DNA of 64,000 bases from the human T2T-CHM13v2.0 reference genome, Homo sapiens, in assembly GCA_009914755.4 (NCBI GenBank), contig CP068257.2, positions 12,928,001-12,992,000 of the forward strand. Direction: 5' to 3'. This document shows, piece after piece, positions 13,627 to 27,226 of this stretch. Both the position numbers and the translations under genes were made by a program. The number at the start of each line of letters is the position of its first letter. Position 1 is the first letter of the stretch. The notes beneath the pieces were generated by a model. That model was not told the DNA's origin. It did no database searches and saw nothing but the letters and a program-made list of their open reading frames with translations.

Positions 13627-15055
13627 TCAAATAATAACCCTATTTATCTCAATTCTCTTATCCATTACCTACATATTTGTACTGAATGTGATTGATTAAG
13701 TTTTATAGTAACATACCTTTTAAATTTTAAATGTGTTCTAAGAAGATTAACCCATAAATTAAACCTAGCATTCAACAAATCAATAAACTTTTATTTGAGC
13801 ACCTAGTAAATGCCAAGCACTATCTCACATTCTGGGGATATGGCATAGAGGAAGTAATATGAGATCACAGTTTTTATCAAGTCTAATTCTAGAGGGAGGT
13901 GACAGGCGATAAACATATAAACAAGTATATAAACATAAGAATGTGACATAAGAAATGCTGTATTAATAATTAACAGGGTGATTAGTGAGGATGCAAAAAG
14001 AGGGTTTATTAATATACTGATCAGGAGGAGCTTCACTGAAGATACTAAAGCTGAGGCCTGAATGATGAGAAGGAACCAGATATGTGAAGATTTAGAGAGG
14101 GTTTAGAATTCAGCAGATGGTCAGAAAGAATATTTCACCTGAGACTTGCATTGGAGAAAAAGTCAGCCAGGCAAGTAGCAGAGAGAAGAGAAGTCTTGGA
14201 ACACAATACAGTTTGCAAAGGTTCTAAAGCTGGAATTTCTGGAAGAATGCTTAGTATGTGCCCATGAAGGGAAAGAAAGGAAGAGTACCAAGAGATGAGC
14301 CCAGAGAATAACAGAGATCCTTCCAGGAAGCTTCTGTAGAGCAGGTTGAAGAATATGGAATATCTAATCAGAGGGTGATACAACTTGGTTTACAGTTTTG
14401 TTCTTCTCTCTCTACTGAATTTTGATTTTCCATTTCAATGGACTCTTCCCAATAGCATTCAAACGTGCTTCATGTTATTCATCTTTACTTCACCATCTTT
14501 TATTTACCACTTTTTCTATTCTTCTTTGATCCTAGGCATTTGTATCAAAAATGTGAACTATGTATGCTTCCTTTAATTCTATTAACTTCTCATCCTTTTA
14601 ATCTATCTCATCTATCAGCTTTCATCTCTACCATTCCCTTTTAATTGTCATTTTGATCTAATGAGCCATTCTTAAACTCCTTTACTATTTGATATTCAGC
14701 AATGTTGACCACAGTGACCTTCTGGAAACACTCTCTTTTCTTGGCTTCTGTGACACCATGTTCCTCTGATTTTCCTTTTGCCTTTTTTGGCCCTTCCCTC
14801 TATAACTCCTATATGCTGACACCTTCCTTTTCTTGAAATTAAATTTTGAAATTACTTAAGGATTAACCCTGGCCTTTTATCTGATATCACCACCATTCTC
14901 TTCTCATGTGCATGCATGCACACATACCACTTTTAATATCACTTATATGCTAATGACTCCCAATTTATTTCTTTCCCCAGGCCTCTCTGCAGAGCTTCAG
15001 ACTCACATATCCAACTATGTATTTAAAACAATTTTTTTTTTGTTTTATCCATCAC

Positions 15056-15892
15056 CTTATTTATTTATTTATTTATTTTTTTAATTTTTTTTATTACACT
15101 TTAAGTTTTAGGGTACATGTGCACATTGTGCAGGTTAGTTACATATGTATACATGTGCCATGCTGGTGCGCTGCATTAGGTATATCTCCCAATGCTATCC
15201 CTCCCCCCTCCCCCCACCCCGCAACAGTCCCCAGAGTGTGATATTCCCCTTCCTGTGTCCATGTGATCTCATTGTTCAATTCCCACCTATGAGTGAGAAT
15301 ATGCGGTGTTTGGTTTTTTGTTCTTGCGATAGTTTACCGAGAATGATGATTTCCAATTTCATCCATGTCCCTACAAAGGACATGAACTCATCATTTTTTA
15401 TGGCTGCATAGTATCCCATGGTGTATATGTGCCATATTTTCTTAATCCAGTCTATCATTGTTGGACATTTGGGTTGGTTCCAAGTCTTTGCTATTGTGAA
15501 TAATGCCGCAATAAACATACGTGTGCATGTGTCTTTATAGCAGCATGATTTATAGTCCTTTGGGTATATACCCAGTAATGGGATGGCTGGGTCAAATGGT
15601 ATTTCTAGTTCTAGATCCCTGAGGAATCGCCACACTGACTTCCACAATGGTTGAACTAGTTTACAGTCCCACCAACAGTGTAAAAGTGTTCCTATTTCTC
15701 CACATCCTCTCCAGCACCTGTTGTTTCCTGACTTTTTAATGATCGCCATTCTAACTGGTGTGAGATGGTATCTCATTGTGGTTTTGATTTGCATTTCTCT
15801 GATGGCCAGTGATGATGAGCATTTTTTCATGTGTTTTTTGGCTGCATAAATGTCTTCTTTTGAGAAGTATCTGTTCATGTCCTTCGCCCACT
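15056..15892 (-). mobile_element. L1 (LINE-1, L1PA-like) 5'-truncated 3' fragment covering the ORF2 C-terminus and 3'UTR, minus orientation. The (TTTA)n / T-rich tail lies at 15056-15097
   Basis: ttttattacactttaagttttagggtacatgtgcacattgtgcaggttagttacatatgtatacatgtgccatgctggtg...ctatccctcccccctcccc is the reverse complement of the L1 3'UTR. Minus-strand ORF 15276..15878 translates to the L1 ORF2p C-terminal (…[72 protein letters not shown]…). Confidence 0.93.
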
Positions 15893-15994
15893 AAGCACAG
15901 TCAGAACTGACCTCTAGAACTATGCTCCAAATATGATGCTCATCCCATCTTCTTCAACTCAGTGAAGGCCATCTTCATCCACCCAAGTGCACAT

Positions 15995-16095
15995 TCCATA
16001 ACTAAGAGTTTCATCTATTCTATCTTCAAAATGTATCTTGAATGTCCATAACTAAGAGTTTCGTCTATTCTATCTCCAAAATGTATCTTGAATGT
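15995..16095. repeat. Tandem duplication of a 50-bp unit (2 copies: 15995-16044 and 16045-16095)
   Basis: ccataactaagagtttcatctattctatcttcaaaatgtatcttgaatgt is repeated as ccataactaagagtttcgtctattctatctccaaaaatgtatcttgaatgt. Confidence 0.9.
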
Positions 16096-17579
16096 TTCTT
16101 TTTCTCCATCTCTATTGTTACCAATCTAGTTTAATTTTCTTTCATTGAAACTACTGTCAAGTCTCTAATTGGTTTTCTTTTCACTTTTGTCTTTGTAATT
16201 TAGAGTCTTCTTTGAAAGATATAAATTTCCATCAAAATGGTAATTATATGTTAATGTAAATGTAATTTTTCATATGTATATATTTAACATGTATATACTA
16301 TGTATTTCATATATTTGTGTCTATAAACAGAAATATCTTTTAGTTCATTTTGCTCACTCTTCCTTAAGTAATACAAAAATTTTGTTAGAAGTGCTTGGTT
16401 AAATATATCTCATTTTCAGACACTTTGCTTGAATATTAATATTAGAGAATACTTTTTAGAAGATAGCATCAATGAATTATTGAACTGGATTAGTCCTACG
16501 ATCATATTTTATGAGCTAGGATGGAAATTATTAGACATCTAGTCTACCAGGCTATATAAAAAATGAGAAAACTCAGAGAAGTTAAGTGGCTTACTCAAGG
16601 AAAGATAATTTATTAATAATAGAGTTGGGATGGAAATCAAGTATTCTGACTTTTAATCCAATGTTCTTTCTTACAAGATCTTTAAATGCCAGCATAATTA
16701 CTAGTTATCTAGTATTGACAGCCAAATTAAGACCAACCAAATTCAGGGAATTTATTTGGAGGTTAAATATGGCTTTCCAAAACAGAGGATAAGTATCAGG
16801 TACTTTCAGATTTATAGGCCTATCCTCTTAAATATACATAATTAAGAAGGAAATATATAAATATATGTGTGTGTACGTATGTATATACCTACATATATTT
16901 GCTGGAAAGGCATTTAAAGCTTTTAAATCTCTCTTGATTTTATCACTTCCTTTTAAAGAAGGAAAATTTAGGCTTATGGAGACTAACAAAATCCAGATTG
17001 CGTTATCTGTCTGAATTATGTTCTCTTTACTCCACTAATGAAAAGATAGCTGAATAACACGTCAGACTTGAATGAAGTAAAAAACAAAACAAAACAAAGC
17101 AGAAAACCCTTTGTTTTTGCTCTTCTTCTTAATTTCTGATTTGGAAAAATTTTCCTCTCTAGTGTCATATTTAACAAATATTCAAATAACAAATCCTAAT
17201 AACTTGATGTCTATCTCACATAATTTCTTCAACAGGAGAAATGGAGTTTTTCAAAAATTAATATTTTGGTTTATTTTTAAAGAAAACTGTAATGGAAACC
17301 GAAACTTCAAGTAGTTTCATATGTATCACATTGACAGTTTTCTCTAAGTTTTCTGGTCTTATGACTCGTTGTTTCATTATTAAAACTGTGCCAGTGTATG
17401 CATAGGGCTTAGAAATTTTTTAATGCTCCCATGTATTAAGTGAAAAACCAGAATGTAAATTTGTATAAAAAGTACAAACACCATTATATGTGGCCTTTTT
17501 CTATCTTTATATATTCTACTCTTCTTAGTTTTCTACAGTGAAGATGTGTTAGTTTTGTAATTAGCATAATTGGGAGAAT

Positions 17580-17906
<327 letters not shown>

Positions 17907-19774
17907 TAAACTACAAAATGTATTTAGAAGGCAGATTTCAATAATCCAATCTATCCTTGCTAAGGACAGAAGTATTCAATTTTTTCTACTGGTAATTTGT
18001 TCTTAGCCACTTGAATGGGAAGGTGCTTAGAGACAGGAAGAAGAGAGCTACTTTCATGGTAAAACAAAATAAAGAAGAGGTTTTAAATGTTGAATTATTA
18101 AACCCCTAACTCTATATCTTCATTTCCTCCTATATAAAAGTGACTAGTCTCTATTCATGACCTAAAACATATTCTAAAAAGATAATTTTTAAGGTCACAA
18201 TGATCAATAAACATTTAGAAACTCAATGGACAGTAATAAAACCAATGGGATTATGAACTAGAATTGATCAATGCAAACACATGAAAACAAATACATTTCA
18301 CTTCAGAGGTTTATTTTATTGCTTTCTTGGAAATACAATTAATTAAAAAGACAATTTAAGATAATTTATGCAAATGAAATATTGATTGAAGAAATAATTA
18401 CAGTTGGTGGGAAAATTGCCATGTTGACATTAGATATTCATATATCATTATAATTTTAAAAATTATTATTTTTCAGTGATAGAAACTGAACTTAAACTAA
18501 GATTGGAAAAACACAATAAAGCTAGGCAAAATTTTAAGTCATCAAATAAATGAGTAATTGAATGAATTAGTTAATAAAATCAAATATATTCTCCTGGAAG
18601 GCTTATAAGACATTTATTTATTCATTTATCAGATGAGGACCTAATTTATTACTGAGGACCTAATCTACGGGAGGTGCAAAGAAGAATGAAATATTGTGTC
18701 TGCCTGTGATGCACATTGCTTAATATGAATACTAAGAAAAATAGTCATCTGTTTCTGTTCCTGTCCCCCTCACTGCAAGGTGATTTCTTTGGGGTTCTAG
18801 TACTGTTTTACACATATCACTTCCTAGAGTCAGTATGGTCAATAAATACATTCAATCTCAACAGCAGGCCAAAAATACATCTGGAGGAAAAAGTAGATGT
18901 GTCATATGAGAACTACAAATAAAATTCAATGATTATTCACAGGAGAAAGATTGCATAAGGTGAGAGTAGGGAGAAGAAATGTGCTTGGCTAGAGGATTAG
19001 CAGGTATTTAAGAAGCTAAGCAGTATAATTTAGGTTATCTAACAAAGCCATTTATGTAATAGTCTTATTCCACTGTAAAAACACTAAAACCCTTTCAAGT
19101 CCTAACATAATATTCTAGCTCCTCCTTCCTCTCAAGCAGATTTTGATGTGCATAATTCTGGTTTTGGAATAACATGCCCTCTGAGAACACAGTAAAAAAA
19201 GAAAGGAGTCTTTCAGAAGCCACACAGGCCCAATTTTCCATAGTATAATGAAGTCGCAATGTCACTGTCATTTCTCCACTTCTGCAGGGGAAGCCAAGAC
19301 TGCTTTTTGCTCACTGACCTATAGCTTTGGGTCAGTCTTTGAATGTGGACACACTGCCAAGCTAGCTGGGAGTTGCCAGGATTACACAAACCAGCATTGC
19401 AAATGGGGGTTGTGTTGATTTAAGAGAAAAGGCCACAGAAGCCACATCTTTCTTACTTCCTGCGTAATATCCTCTGCTCTGAAATTTTGAAGAAGTTTCT
19501 AGAACTACTCATAAGAACATTTCTGTTTCTGGGTACACCTCCTAGCTGACCAAAAATTATGAACAATAGGAAATTTAAGAGCCAGTATGCAAATTAATTA
19601 ATTTTTATTAAGTATCTATTGGATTCTTAGCAAGAAGAGGAGCTATGAATGGAAAATTACACAGTAAAAAAACATTTTTATCTAATATTTATTTCATATA
19701 CACAAGAAATGTTAAGAAAACCTAGAGTAAGAACCTGCCCTTGTGTGCCGACTAATGATTGTTCTGCTTTGAAA

Positions 19775-19890
19775 ATCTGCTTTGTGACTGGCCATGTGAA
19801 CTTGAGTGAGCCACTTCTCCTCTCTGCACTTCAGCCCTTCATCTTTAAATTGAAGGATTGGATCACAGGAATTCATTGTTCCTCAAATAT
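19775..19890 (+). mobile_element. MIR (SINE/MIR) fragment, plus orientation, diverged
   Basis: ctttgtgactggccatgtgaacttgagtgagccacttctcctctctgcacttcagcccttcatctttaaattgaaggattgg resembles the MIR core ctgtgtgaccttgggcaagttacttaacctctctgagcctcagtttcctcatctgtaaaatgggg. Confidence 0.4.
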
Positions 19891-21539
19891 CCTTGGGGAC
19901 ATTTGACTAGATAAGTATCTTCTTTTGTTACTTTACATAAATTCTTGAGCCTTAGAAAAATATCAAGGAAAAAGTGAGAATGACCTACTGTTAATCACAG
20001 ATTATCAGAGTCTAAAGAAATATTCTCTACTCCAACATTTTACTTCAAAAATGTGGAAACGGAAATGCAGAAATACGAATTAAGTGGCCTAAGAGCACAG
20101 TCCGTGGTAGAGCCAAGTCCTGCAATCTAGTTCTCTTGCTTCTGTTTCTAATTAAGGAATTTCATAATCCTCCCAAATGTATAGCTTTATTTTCATCTGA
20201 AAGTCCTGTTAGTATTTACTGAGGTTCATTTGTTTGTTTCCCACAGCTTTTTGATATTTAACTAGTCATTAAAAACTCAGATAGCATGAGAAATAGCAAT
20301 AATTTTCTTTTAGGGAACAGAAGTAATATTTAAATCATAACTTTCCATCACCTCTTCCTCCTACCTAGCACAACTTAGACATCTCTTAGACAAAAAAATA
20401 CATATAGTTGAAAAGAAAACTATTATAAAAACTTAGATGTTAATAACATGTTAATAATATTGGGGAAGAGAGAGCTATAAATAAAGATATCAAAACTTTT
20501 GTATTCATACCTACATAAAGAAACATGATTTACTAAGAGTAGTTATTTCTCACAAAATTACAGTTACATTTTGGGAAGCAATGGTCAAATAAGTTGCAAA
20601 CATTAGCTTGTAGTGTTCTGAAGCCATCTAGAACAAGAACTACAAATAGGACTTATAGTTGTTTCATATCAATAATGCTATAATACTTGTTGATGTATGT
20701 GAATATCCTGGAAATTTGCCTGACCTTCTAAAACATGTCCTTTCCATGAACTTCTGTTTAGCAATATCTCAACAAGGAAAGGAAGGCAGTTGATGTGATT
20801 TTAATATCATAAGGGAGAGCTGGCACACAGAGATACTTTTTAAAAAATGGTTTTACTATATTTCATTCTATGGACTATAATCCAATTAATTACTTGATTT
20901 CCTGTTATGGCATACTCATGCTGTTTCCAAGTTCTCTTTTTTAGCAATGCTATAATGATGTACACTTCTCCCAGAAACATGGGATAACACCTATTTCCCC
21001 CAAAATCAGACGACATGCTTTTTAACATTATAAATTTTTTCCTATCTCAGGAAAAATTGCTAAATTTTAGGGAAAATTTTTTATATAACAACCTTTCCTT
21101 CTTTGAAGGAAATGCTTTATGTTCCTTTTAGTTCAGAAAACCACTCAGTAAGGACAAGCCTCTATTTATGTTCTTTAGAAACACTTCCATGTGGCAGCTG
21201 AAAACAGAAGTAATAAAGAACTATAGAAAACAGTGCTTGTGGCATTAAAATGAGTGGAAAAGAGATGGGAAATCCACTTAAATAGTTACATCTGGGAAGA
21301 AATGTCTCACCAGTTCATCAACAGTGGTCTCAACATGTCTTTGATAGTGAAATGGACTCCAACATTCAGAGGTCACCTTAGAAATTAGAAAAGGAAAAAG
21401 AGACAACTAATGTTAACATTCTTTAAAAAACAAAACAAAAAAACTCCACAAAGCTACCAAACTAATTGGGAAAGGATTCGCTGTCTTAATTAGAAATAAT
21501 TATCTTGTTATCAAAGTACACTGATTAATGTTTCATCAG

Positions 21540-21665
21540 TGACTTCATCTGCATATATACACATATATAGACAAATATGGAATATGTGTATGTATACATA
21601 GTATATACACATTATATATCCATATATGTGTGTGTGATATGTGTATGTGTCTATGTGTATTAGAT
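21540..21665. repeat. Low-complexity (TATG/TATA/TGTG)-rich simple repeat
   Basis: catatatacacatatatagacaaatatggaatatgtgtatgtatacatagtatatacacattatatatccatatatgtgtgtgtgatatgtgtatgtgtctatgtgtat. Confidence 0.8.
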
Positions 21666-22127
21666 TCACTCCTCAGCCCTCACATAGAGCAATTCCAATC
21701 CATGATCTCACATTTAGAAGGGTTGGTGGAAAGGGGGGATCCCGAATGTTTTATGAAGCAGCCCACTCTAATCCCTTAGTGCTCTACATTATTAGGTACA
21801 CAATGGACATCCATTTTAGATACTCTAATTGAGTTTAAACTCAAGCCAAATACACATTTGGATTAATATCTCAAGTCATAGTGTGGGATGTCTTTTATTA
21901 CATTTGGTACCTGTCAGTGTAACCTTCTAACTGTCAGCTTCTACTCCTTTTGAAAACTTTATGTACCTGATATCAAACAATTTCTACCTAGGGCACTTCA
22001 GGACTGCAGCAAAGGGCATTTGATGGAGTCTATAACAGGTAATAAAATGGTGCTGTGGTCTGAATATTTGTGTTGCCCCCAAATTAATATGTTGGAATGT
22101 AATACACAATATGATAGTGTATTAGTC

Positions 22128-22536
22128 CATTTTCACATTGCTGTGAAGAAATACCTAAGACTGGGTAATTTACAAAGAAAAGAAGTGCAATTTGCACACA
22201 GTTCTACAGGCTGTACAAGAAACATAGTGGCTTCTGCTGTAGGGGAGGCCTCAGGAAGCCTCCAGTCATGGTGGAAGGCAAAGGGGGAGCAGGTTTTCTT
22301 ACATTTCAGGAGCAAGAGCAAAAGAATGAAGGCGGAGGGGCTACACACTTGTAAACAACCAGATCTCATGAGAACTCACTTACTGTCATGAGAACAGCTC
22401 CAATGGGTTAATGCTAAACCATTCATGAGAAATCCAATCCCATGATCTAATCACCTCCTACCAGGCCCCACCTACAACACCAGGAACCACAGTTCAACAG
22501 GAGATTTGGGCAGGAACACTTACACAAATTATATCA
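22128..22536 (-). mobile_element. MaLR LTR of the THE1/MST type (ERVL-MaLR), minus orientation
   Basis: Begins tgtattagtccattttcacattgctgtgaagaaatacc (the reverse complement of the LTR 3' end ...acggactaatacac). It contains ccatgatctaatcacctcctaccaggccccacctacaacac and ends ...gatttgggcaggaacacttacacaaattatatca (the reverse complement of the tgatatggtttggctgtgtcc 5' end). The 123-aa ORF at 22020-22391 lies inside this LTR. Confidence 0.8.
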
Positions 22537-22762
22537 GATTGTATTAAGAGGTGGGGCTTTTGCGGAAGTAACTAAGTCATGAGGGCCCTCATGAATGGAA
22601 TTAGAGCCCTTATAAAAGTGGTTGAGGGGAGCTGCCTTGCTCCCTTTTTGAAGCAGACACTGAATCTGCTGGTGCCTTGTCTTGGACTTCTCAGCCTCTA
22701 GAGCTGTGGGAAATATGTTTCTGTTTTTACAAATTACCCAGCCTAAGGTACTTTGCTATAGC
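22537..22762 (+). mobile_element. MLT1-type MaLR LTR fragment (3' portion), plus orientation
   Basis: gtcatgagggccctcatgaatggaattagagcccttataaaag...ctgaatctgctggtgccttgtcttggacttctcagcctctagagctgtgggaaatatgtttctgtttttacaaattacccagcctaaggtactttgctatagc matches the MLT1 3' half from memory. Confidence 0.7.
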
Positions 22763-25700
22763 TGCCTGAAAGAACTAAGACAAAGGTGATTTCAAATTTT
22801 ATTCTGAGGAGAGTCTGCAATGAGATTAAGAGGAATTTAGAGACAGGGAAATATGAATATTCATTAAACATCTTGAGGGAGTATGCTCCTTTATTTAAAT
22901 ATTTATGACAATCGCAAGAAGTTTTATTGTCACTATTTTACACATAAGGAAATTGAAGCACAGAGAGTTTAAGCAACAAGTTTAAAGTCCAGTGTTTTTA
23001 CTCATATAAATGTAAGGCAAGTTTGGTTTCCATAAAGTCTAAACCCCAGCAGAATTCTGGAGTTCTAGCACACAAAATATAGCCAAAGAGCAAGAGGTTT
23101 GAAGCAGAAAACTGACAAAGTAGCTGAAGTGACTGCAACAAGTACTAAGTGGTTGGATTTTATTTTTGACACAGTATATAAGAGTGCATTTACTAGCCAT
23201 TTTCTGGGCTGCGAAATTCCTTTTTAAAAATGCATGAGAATGATGCTAAGGAATACCAAATAAGTCCTCTCAATCTTTTAGGGAAATCAAAAAGTAAAAC
23301 ACCCATACATTTATGGAGTTCATTCATAAAAATTATTTGTTAGAATCAAGTATTTCCTCTTTTTTAAATAAAAGCTAAATGTAGAGTTGCTTAAACTCTC
23401 TTCTTTAAACGTGAAAGTACACATCATTAATGCAGTATAACTTCGGATAAGGAAATGAGAGAATCCAATATGATCTTAATTTTATTTCACCGGAAACAAG
23501 AGATTTGCATTCCATTTTAATAACCTGTTTCTTTAATACCAACAAAAGCCACTCTTGAAAGTCTTCTACTATTAAAGAGGAGATTAGATTTTTTTTCAAG
23601 ATAACGAAATATAGCCCTATATTCTTTCTACCTGCAAAATAAGTTATAATCCTGCTCTTTGGAAGTAGAAAACTTCTCTGTCTATAACCTCAAAATACTA
23701 TTAGGTAGTTCTAGTGGTTTTAAAATACACTCACAAATTCTTTTACACTGAAGAGGTCTTCAGAAGGTGGAACCTAAGACTGCCCCTCACCCTTAGTGTG
23801 AGCTGGATTTAGTGAGTTGCTTCTAACAAATAGAATAAAATGGAAGTGATGATGTTTAACTTCTGAAATTAGATCTTAAAAGGAATTGTGGCCTCTTCTT
23901 GTTCTGTGTCTTAGATACTCACTCTGGGGAAACCAGATGACATTCTGCGAAGACACTCAGCCTCATGGATAGACCAAAGTGGCAAGGGACCTATCCCTGC
24001 AGTCAATTCCCATAAAAAAACTGAGGTCACCTACCTATAGCCATGAGAGGGAGTTAGAAACAAACCTTTCAGCCCCAGTCAAGCCTTCAGATAACACCTT
24101 GAGCGACACTAACCACCTGAGATTATAACCACATGAGAGACTCTAAGCTAGAAATGCCCAGCTATACCACTCCCCAACTCCTGACCCACAGGGACTGTGA
24201 AATAATTTTTTTTGTTTGTTTTAAGCCCCTAAATTTTAAAGTAATTTGTTATGCGTCAATAGATTTGTAATACAATAGTTAAAAGTCATATAATGGATAA
24301 GAAAGTACTTGAAATAAGAAACATTGATCAATACACAATATCATTATTTTGTCATAATATAATCATGTCATACATAAAGACTATCATTTGGTTGACACTG
24401 TCATTTTGGACTCTTTTTGTTTGTTTGTTTTCCCCCTTTTAGATTGTTCACACTTTTGTTTAGAACTCCCTCAAATCTGTCTGATAAAACCTAGTGAAAG
24501 ACCTGTCTCTCCTGCTTGTTAATATATCACAGCATAACCTTAAATTATTTCTCCAGTGACCCAGCGTTGTGACCTCAGTTAAGCTCATGAAAAATTGGTC
24601 CCATTTTGTCCATTCTACACGCATCTCCCAAAAATTGTGTGCTATGTTGGATACAGTTTTAATTCTGTACATAGCCAATGGGATGTGTATGGCCAATATT
24701 TTATTTGTTAGTAATCCAATTTTCATCTTAAGGACTAAATGACTAACTCTAAATGCTGGTTACACTACATGAGAACTGAAGGAGGCTAGTTTAGTTTGTG
24801 CAATAAGAGGTGAGTCTAGACACTGTTTAACTGTGGACACAGTTTTGTCTGATTGCTTACATAGAGCAGAGTTTAGCATTAGCAAAAGTGATTGTTTTAA
24901 AAATAAGGTATCAGAAATGTATTCGGCTTTGAGGAAGAGAATAACCAACAGTGGTGGCTTAAACAAGTATGGGGCTTATGTTTCTGTAAAATAGAAGTGC
25001 AGACATAGGGTTTCCAACCCGGGTGCCGCTTCTCAAGGATGTCCTCAGTGAATCAGGCTCTATGCATGTGCCTGTTCCACCATCCTTCATGTGTGCCTTT
25101 GCCTCACGGCTGGAAGACAGCTGCTGACTTACCAGGTATTACATCCAGCTCCAGGCAGGAAAGAGAGCAAAAAACAAAGCTTTATCCTCATGAGACTCTG
25201 CCTTATTTTTTTTATTTTCCAGAAAAGAAAGTCCTCCTCTGGAATTTCTGACTATATTTCATTGGCCACAACTGGATTCCATGGCCACCCCTAACTACTG
25301 GGGAGGCTGAGAATTCAAATGCTGAAAATTGCAATCTCCATAGTGAAAGACACGAAGAAAGAAATTGATTGAAATGGGTTAATTAATTCAATTAGCAACA
25401 CTTTTTCTCAGCAAAGGAGCTGAGAAAGAAAATGTTTTGGTTCAGTCCTGGGTAGGGGTGCTTGACAGTGCTTAATATCACCAGCACTGAAGGTAATAAA
25501 TATTATCTCTCTTTTCTATCATGAATATGAATGATACTCTGAAGGCTGAATGCAACCTCAGAATTTAAGTGAGAAATGAGGCATGCAACACTTTTGAAAA
25601 TATATTAGCCCAAAGTCTGTATTACTGCATATTTTATTCCCCTTTTAATATGCTACAAAAGGTTTGAGCCATCAGCTGAATGCTGCCAGAGAAGAACAAA

Positions 25701-26409
25701 CAAGAACAAGAATGCAAAAATAAATGCTGGGAGTCAAGTTTTCCCAAGATGTTCTTTATAGTTGGTGTATGATCACATTTCTAAGCAGACTGCTTTGCTT
25801 CAAGCTCTACCCATCAGCACTTCTTCCACAAGCCTGGTTCTCCAGGAAGTTTATCCCGGGCTAACTATGCAGAAATATACGTGGGGCAAAGTGGGTACTG
25901 GAGAAAGCATTCCATGAACTCCTTCTTTTGCCCTGCTACCTGATTCTGTGTAACTTCTTCCATGCCTGAGATCTTCTCTTCCATTTTGAGAACATGAAGG
26001 AAACATGTTTGCTTAAGTACGTTCTGGTTGGGAATTAAATATTTAATTCTGATCATTTTTAGTGTCTGAAATATATTTCGTAAGCATGGTCATATGATAA
26101 TTATAACTATAAAATGTTTTACATTCTACAAACTTTATCCCATGTTACTAATATTCAGGAAATGATCATAGGAAAATATTTGCACTAGGATACTATTCAT
26201 TATTTTAACTCTTTCTATTTATACATAGTTTTAAGAAATTCTACAATGAATTTATATCATCTTCATAATAGGGAACAAAAATAAACTTCACTTTTTCCAT
26301 GAGGCTGTTGTCTTCCAAGACCATACCTAAGCCAAGTTTGGGTTTATAAAGTCAAAATCATGAGATATCCCATCTGTGAACAAATACTCATGGCTATAAT
26401 TTGGACGTT

Positions 26410-27226
26410 TGTTGTTTCCAAACTTCATGTTGAAATTTGACCCTCAATATTGGATGTGGGGTGATATGGTTTCATTGTGTCCTCACAAAAAATCTCATCT
26501 TGAATTGTAATCCCCATAATTCCCACGTGTCAAGGGCGGGATCAGATGGAGGTAACTGGATCATGGAGGCAGTTTCCCCCATGCTGCTGTCATAATAATG
26601 AGTGACTCTCATGAGATCTGATGGTTTTATAAGCATCTGGCATTGCCCTTGCTTGCACTCACTTCATCCTGCCACCCTGTGAAGAAGGTGCCTGCTTCTC
26701 CTTAGCCTTCTGCCATGGTTGTAAGTTTCCTGAGGCCTCCCCAGCAAGGCAGAACTGTGAGTCAATTAAACCTCTTTCCTTTATAAATTACTTAGCCTCG
26801 GGTATTTCTTCATAACATTGTGAGAGAGGACTAATACATGGGGCCTAATGGCAGGTGTTTGGGTTATGGGGCTGAATCCTTCTACAATAGGTTAATGTTC
26901 TCCCTCAGTGGTGAGTTCTCACTCTATTAGTTCCTGCGAGAGCCAGTTGTTTCAAAGAGCTAGGGGTGCACCTCTCCCTGCCTTGCTTCCTCTTTTGCCT
27001 TGGAATCTCTGGGTCCCCTTCACCTTCAGCCATGAGTGGAAGCAGCCTGAGACCTTCACCAAATGCAGATGCCCAATCTTGAACTTTCCAGCCATCATAA
27101 TTGTGACCCAAATAAACCTTTTTCTTTATAAACTACCCGGTCTCAAGTATTTCTTTATTTTGTTTTTATTATTGTTTCTTTATTTTGTGTTGTATTATTG
27201 CAACACAAAATGGACTAAGACACTCA
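26410..27226 (+). mobile_element. MST/MLT-type MaLR LTR (outer element) split by a nested LTR insertion. Outer parts lie at about 26410-26456 and 26844-27226
   Basis: 5' piece: cttcatgttgaaatttgaccctcaatattggatgtgggg. 3' piece: cctaatggcaggtgtttgggttatggggctgaatcc...agttctcactctattagttcctgcgagagccagttgtttcaaagag...ccatcataattgtgacccaaataaacctttttctttataaactacccggtctcaagtatttctt...caacacaaaatggactaagacac. These read as a continuous MST-like consensus once the insert is removed. Confidence 0.7.
26462..26838 (+). mobile_element. THE1-type MaLR solo LTR nested inside the MST-type LTR, flanked by a 5-bp TSD TGGGG (26457-26461 and 26839-26843)
   Basis: tgatatggtttcattgtgtcctcacaaaaaatctcatcttgaattgtaatccccataattcccacgtgtcaagggcgggatcagatggaggtaactggatcatggaggcagtttcccccatgctgctgtcataataatgagtgactctcatgagatctgatggttttataag...ctgtgagtcaattaaacctctttcctttataaattacttagcctcgggtatttcttcataacattgtgagagaggactaataca. 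An identical TGGGG lies immediately on both sides. Confidence 0.85.

Noticed and set aside
15276-15878. 200-aa minus-strand ORF and 170-aa plus-strand ORF at 53782-54294
   Set aside because: Both are the C-terminal region of L1 ORF2p (…[50 protein letters not shown]…). They are parts of L1 copies, not host genes.
22020-22391. 123-aa plus-strand ORF and 78-aa minus ORF
   Set aside because: They are inside the THE1/MST-type MaLR LTR at 22128-22536, so they are repeat-derived, not a gene.
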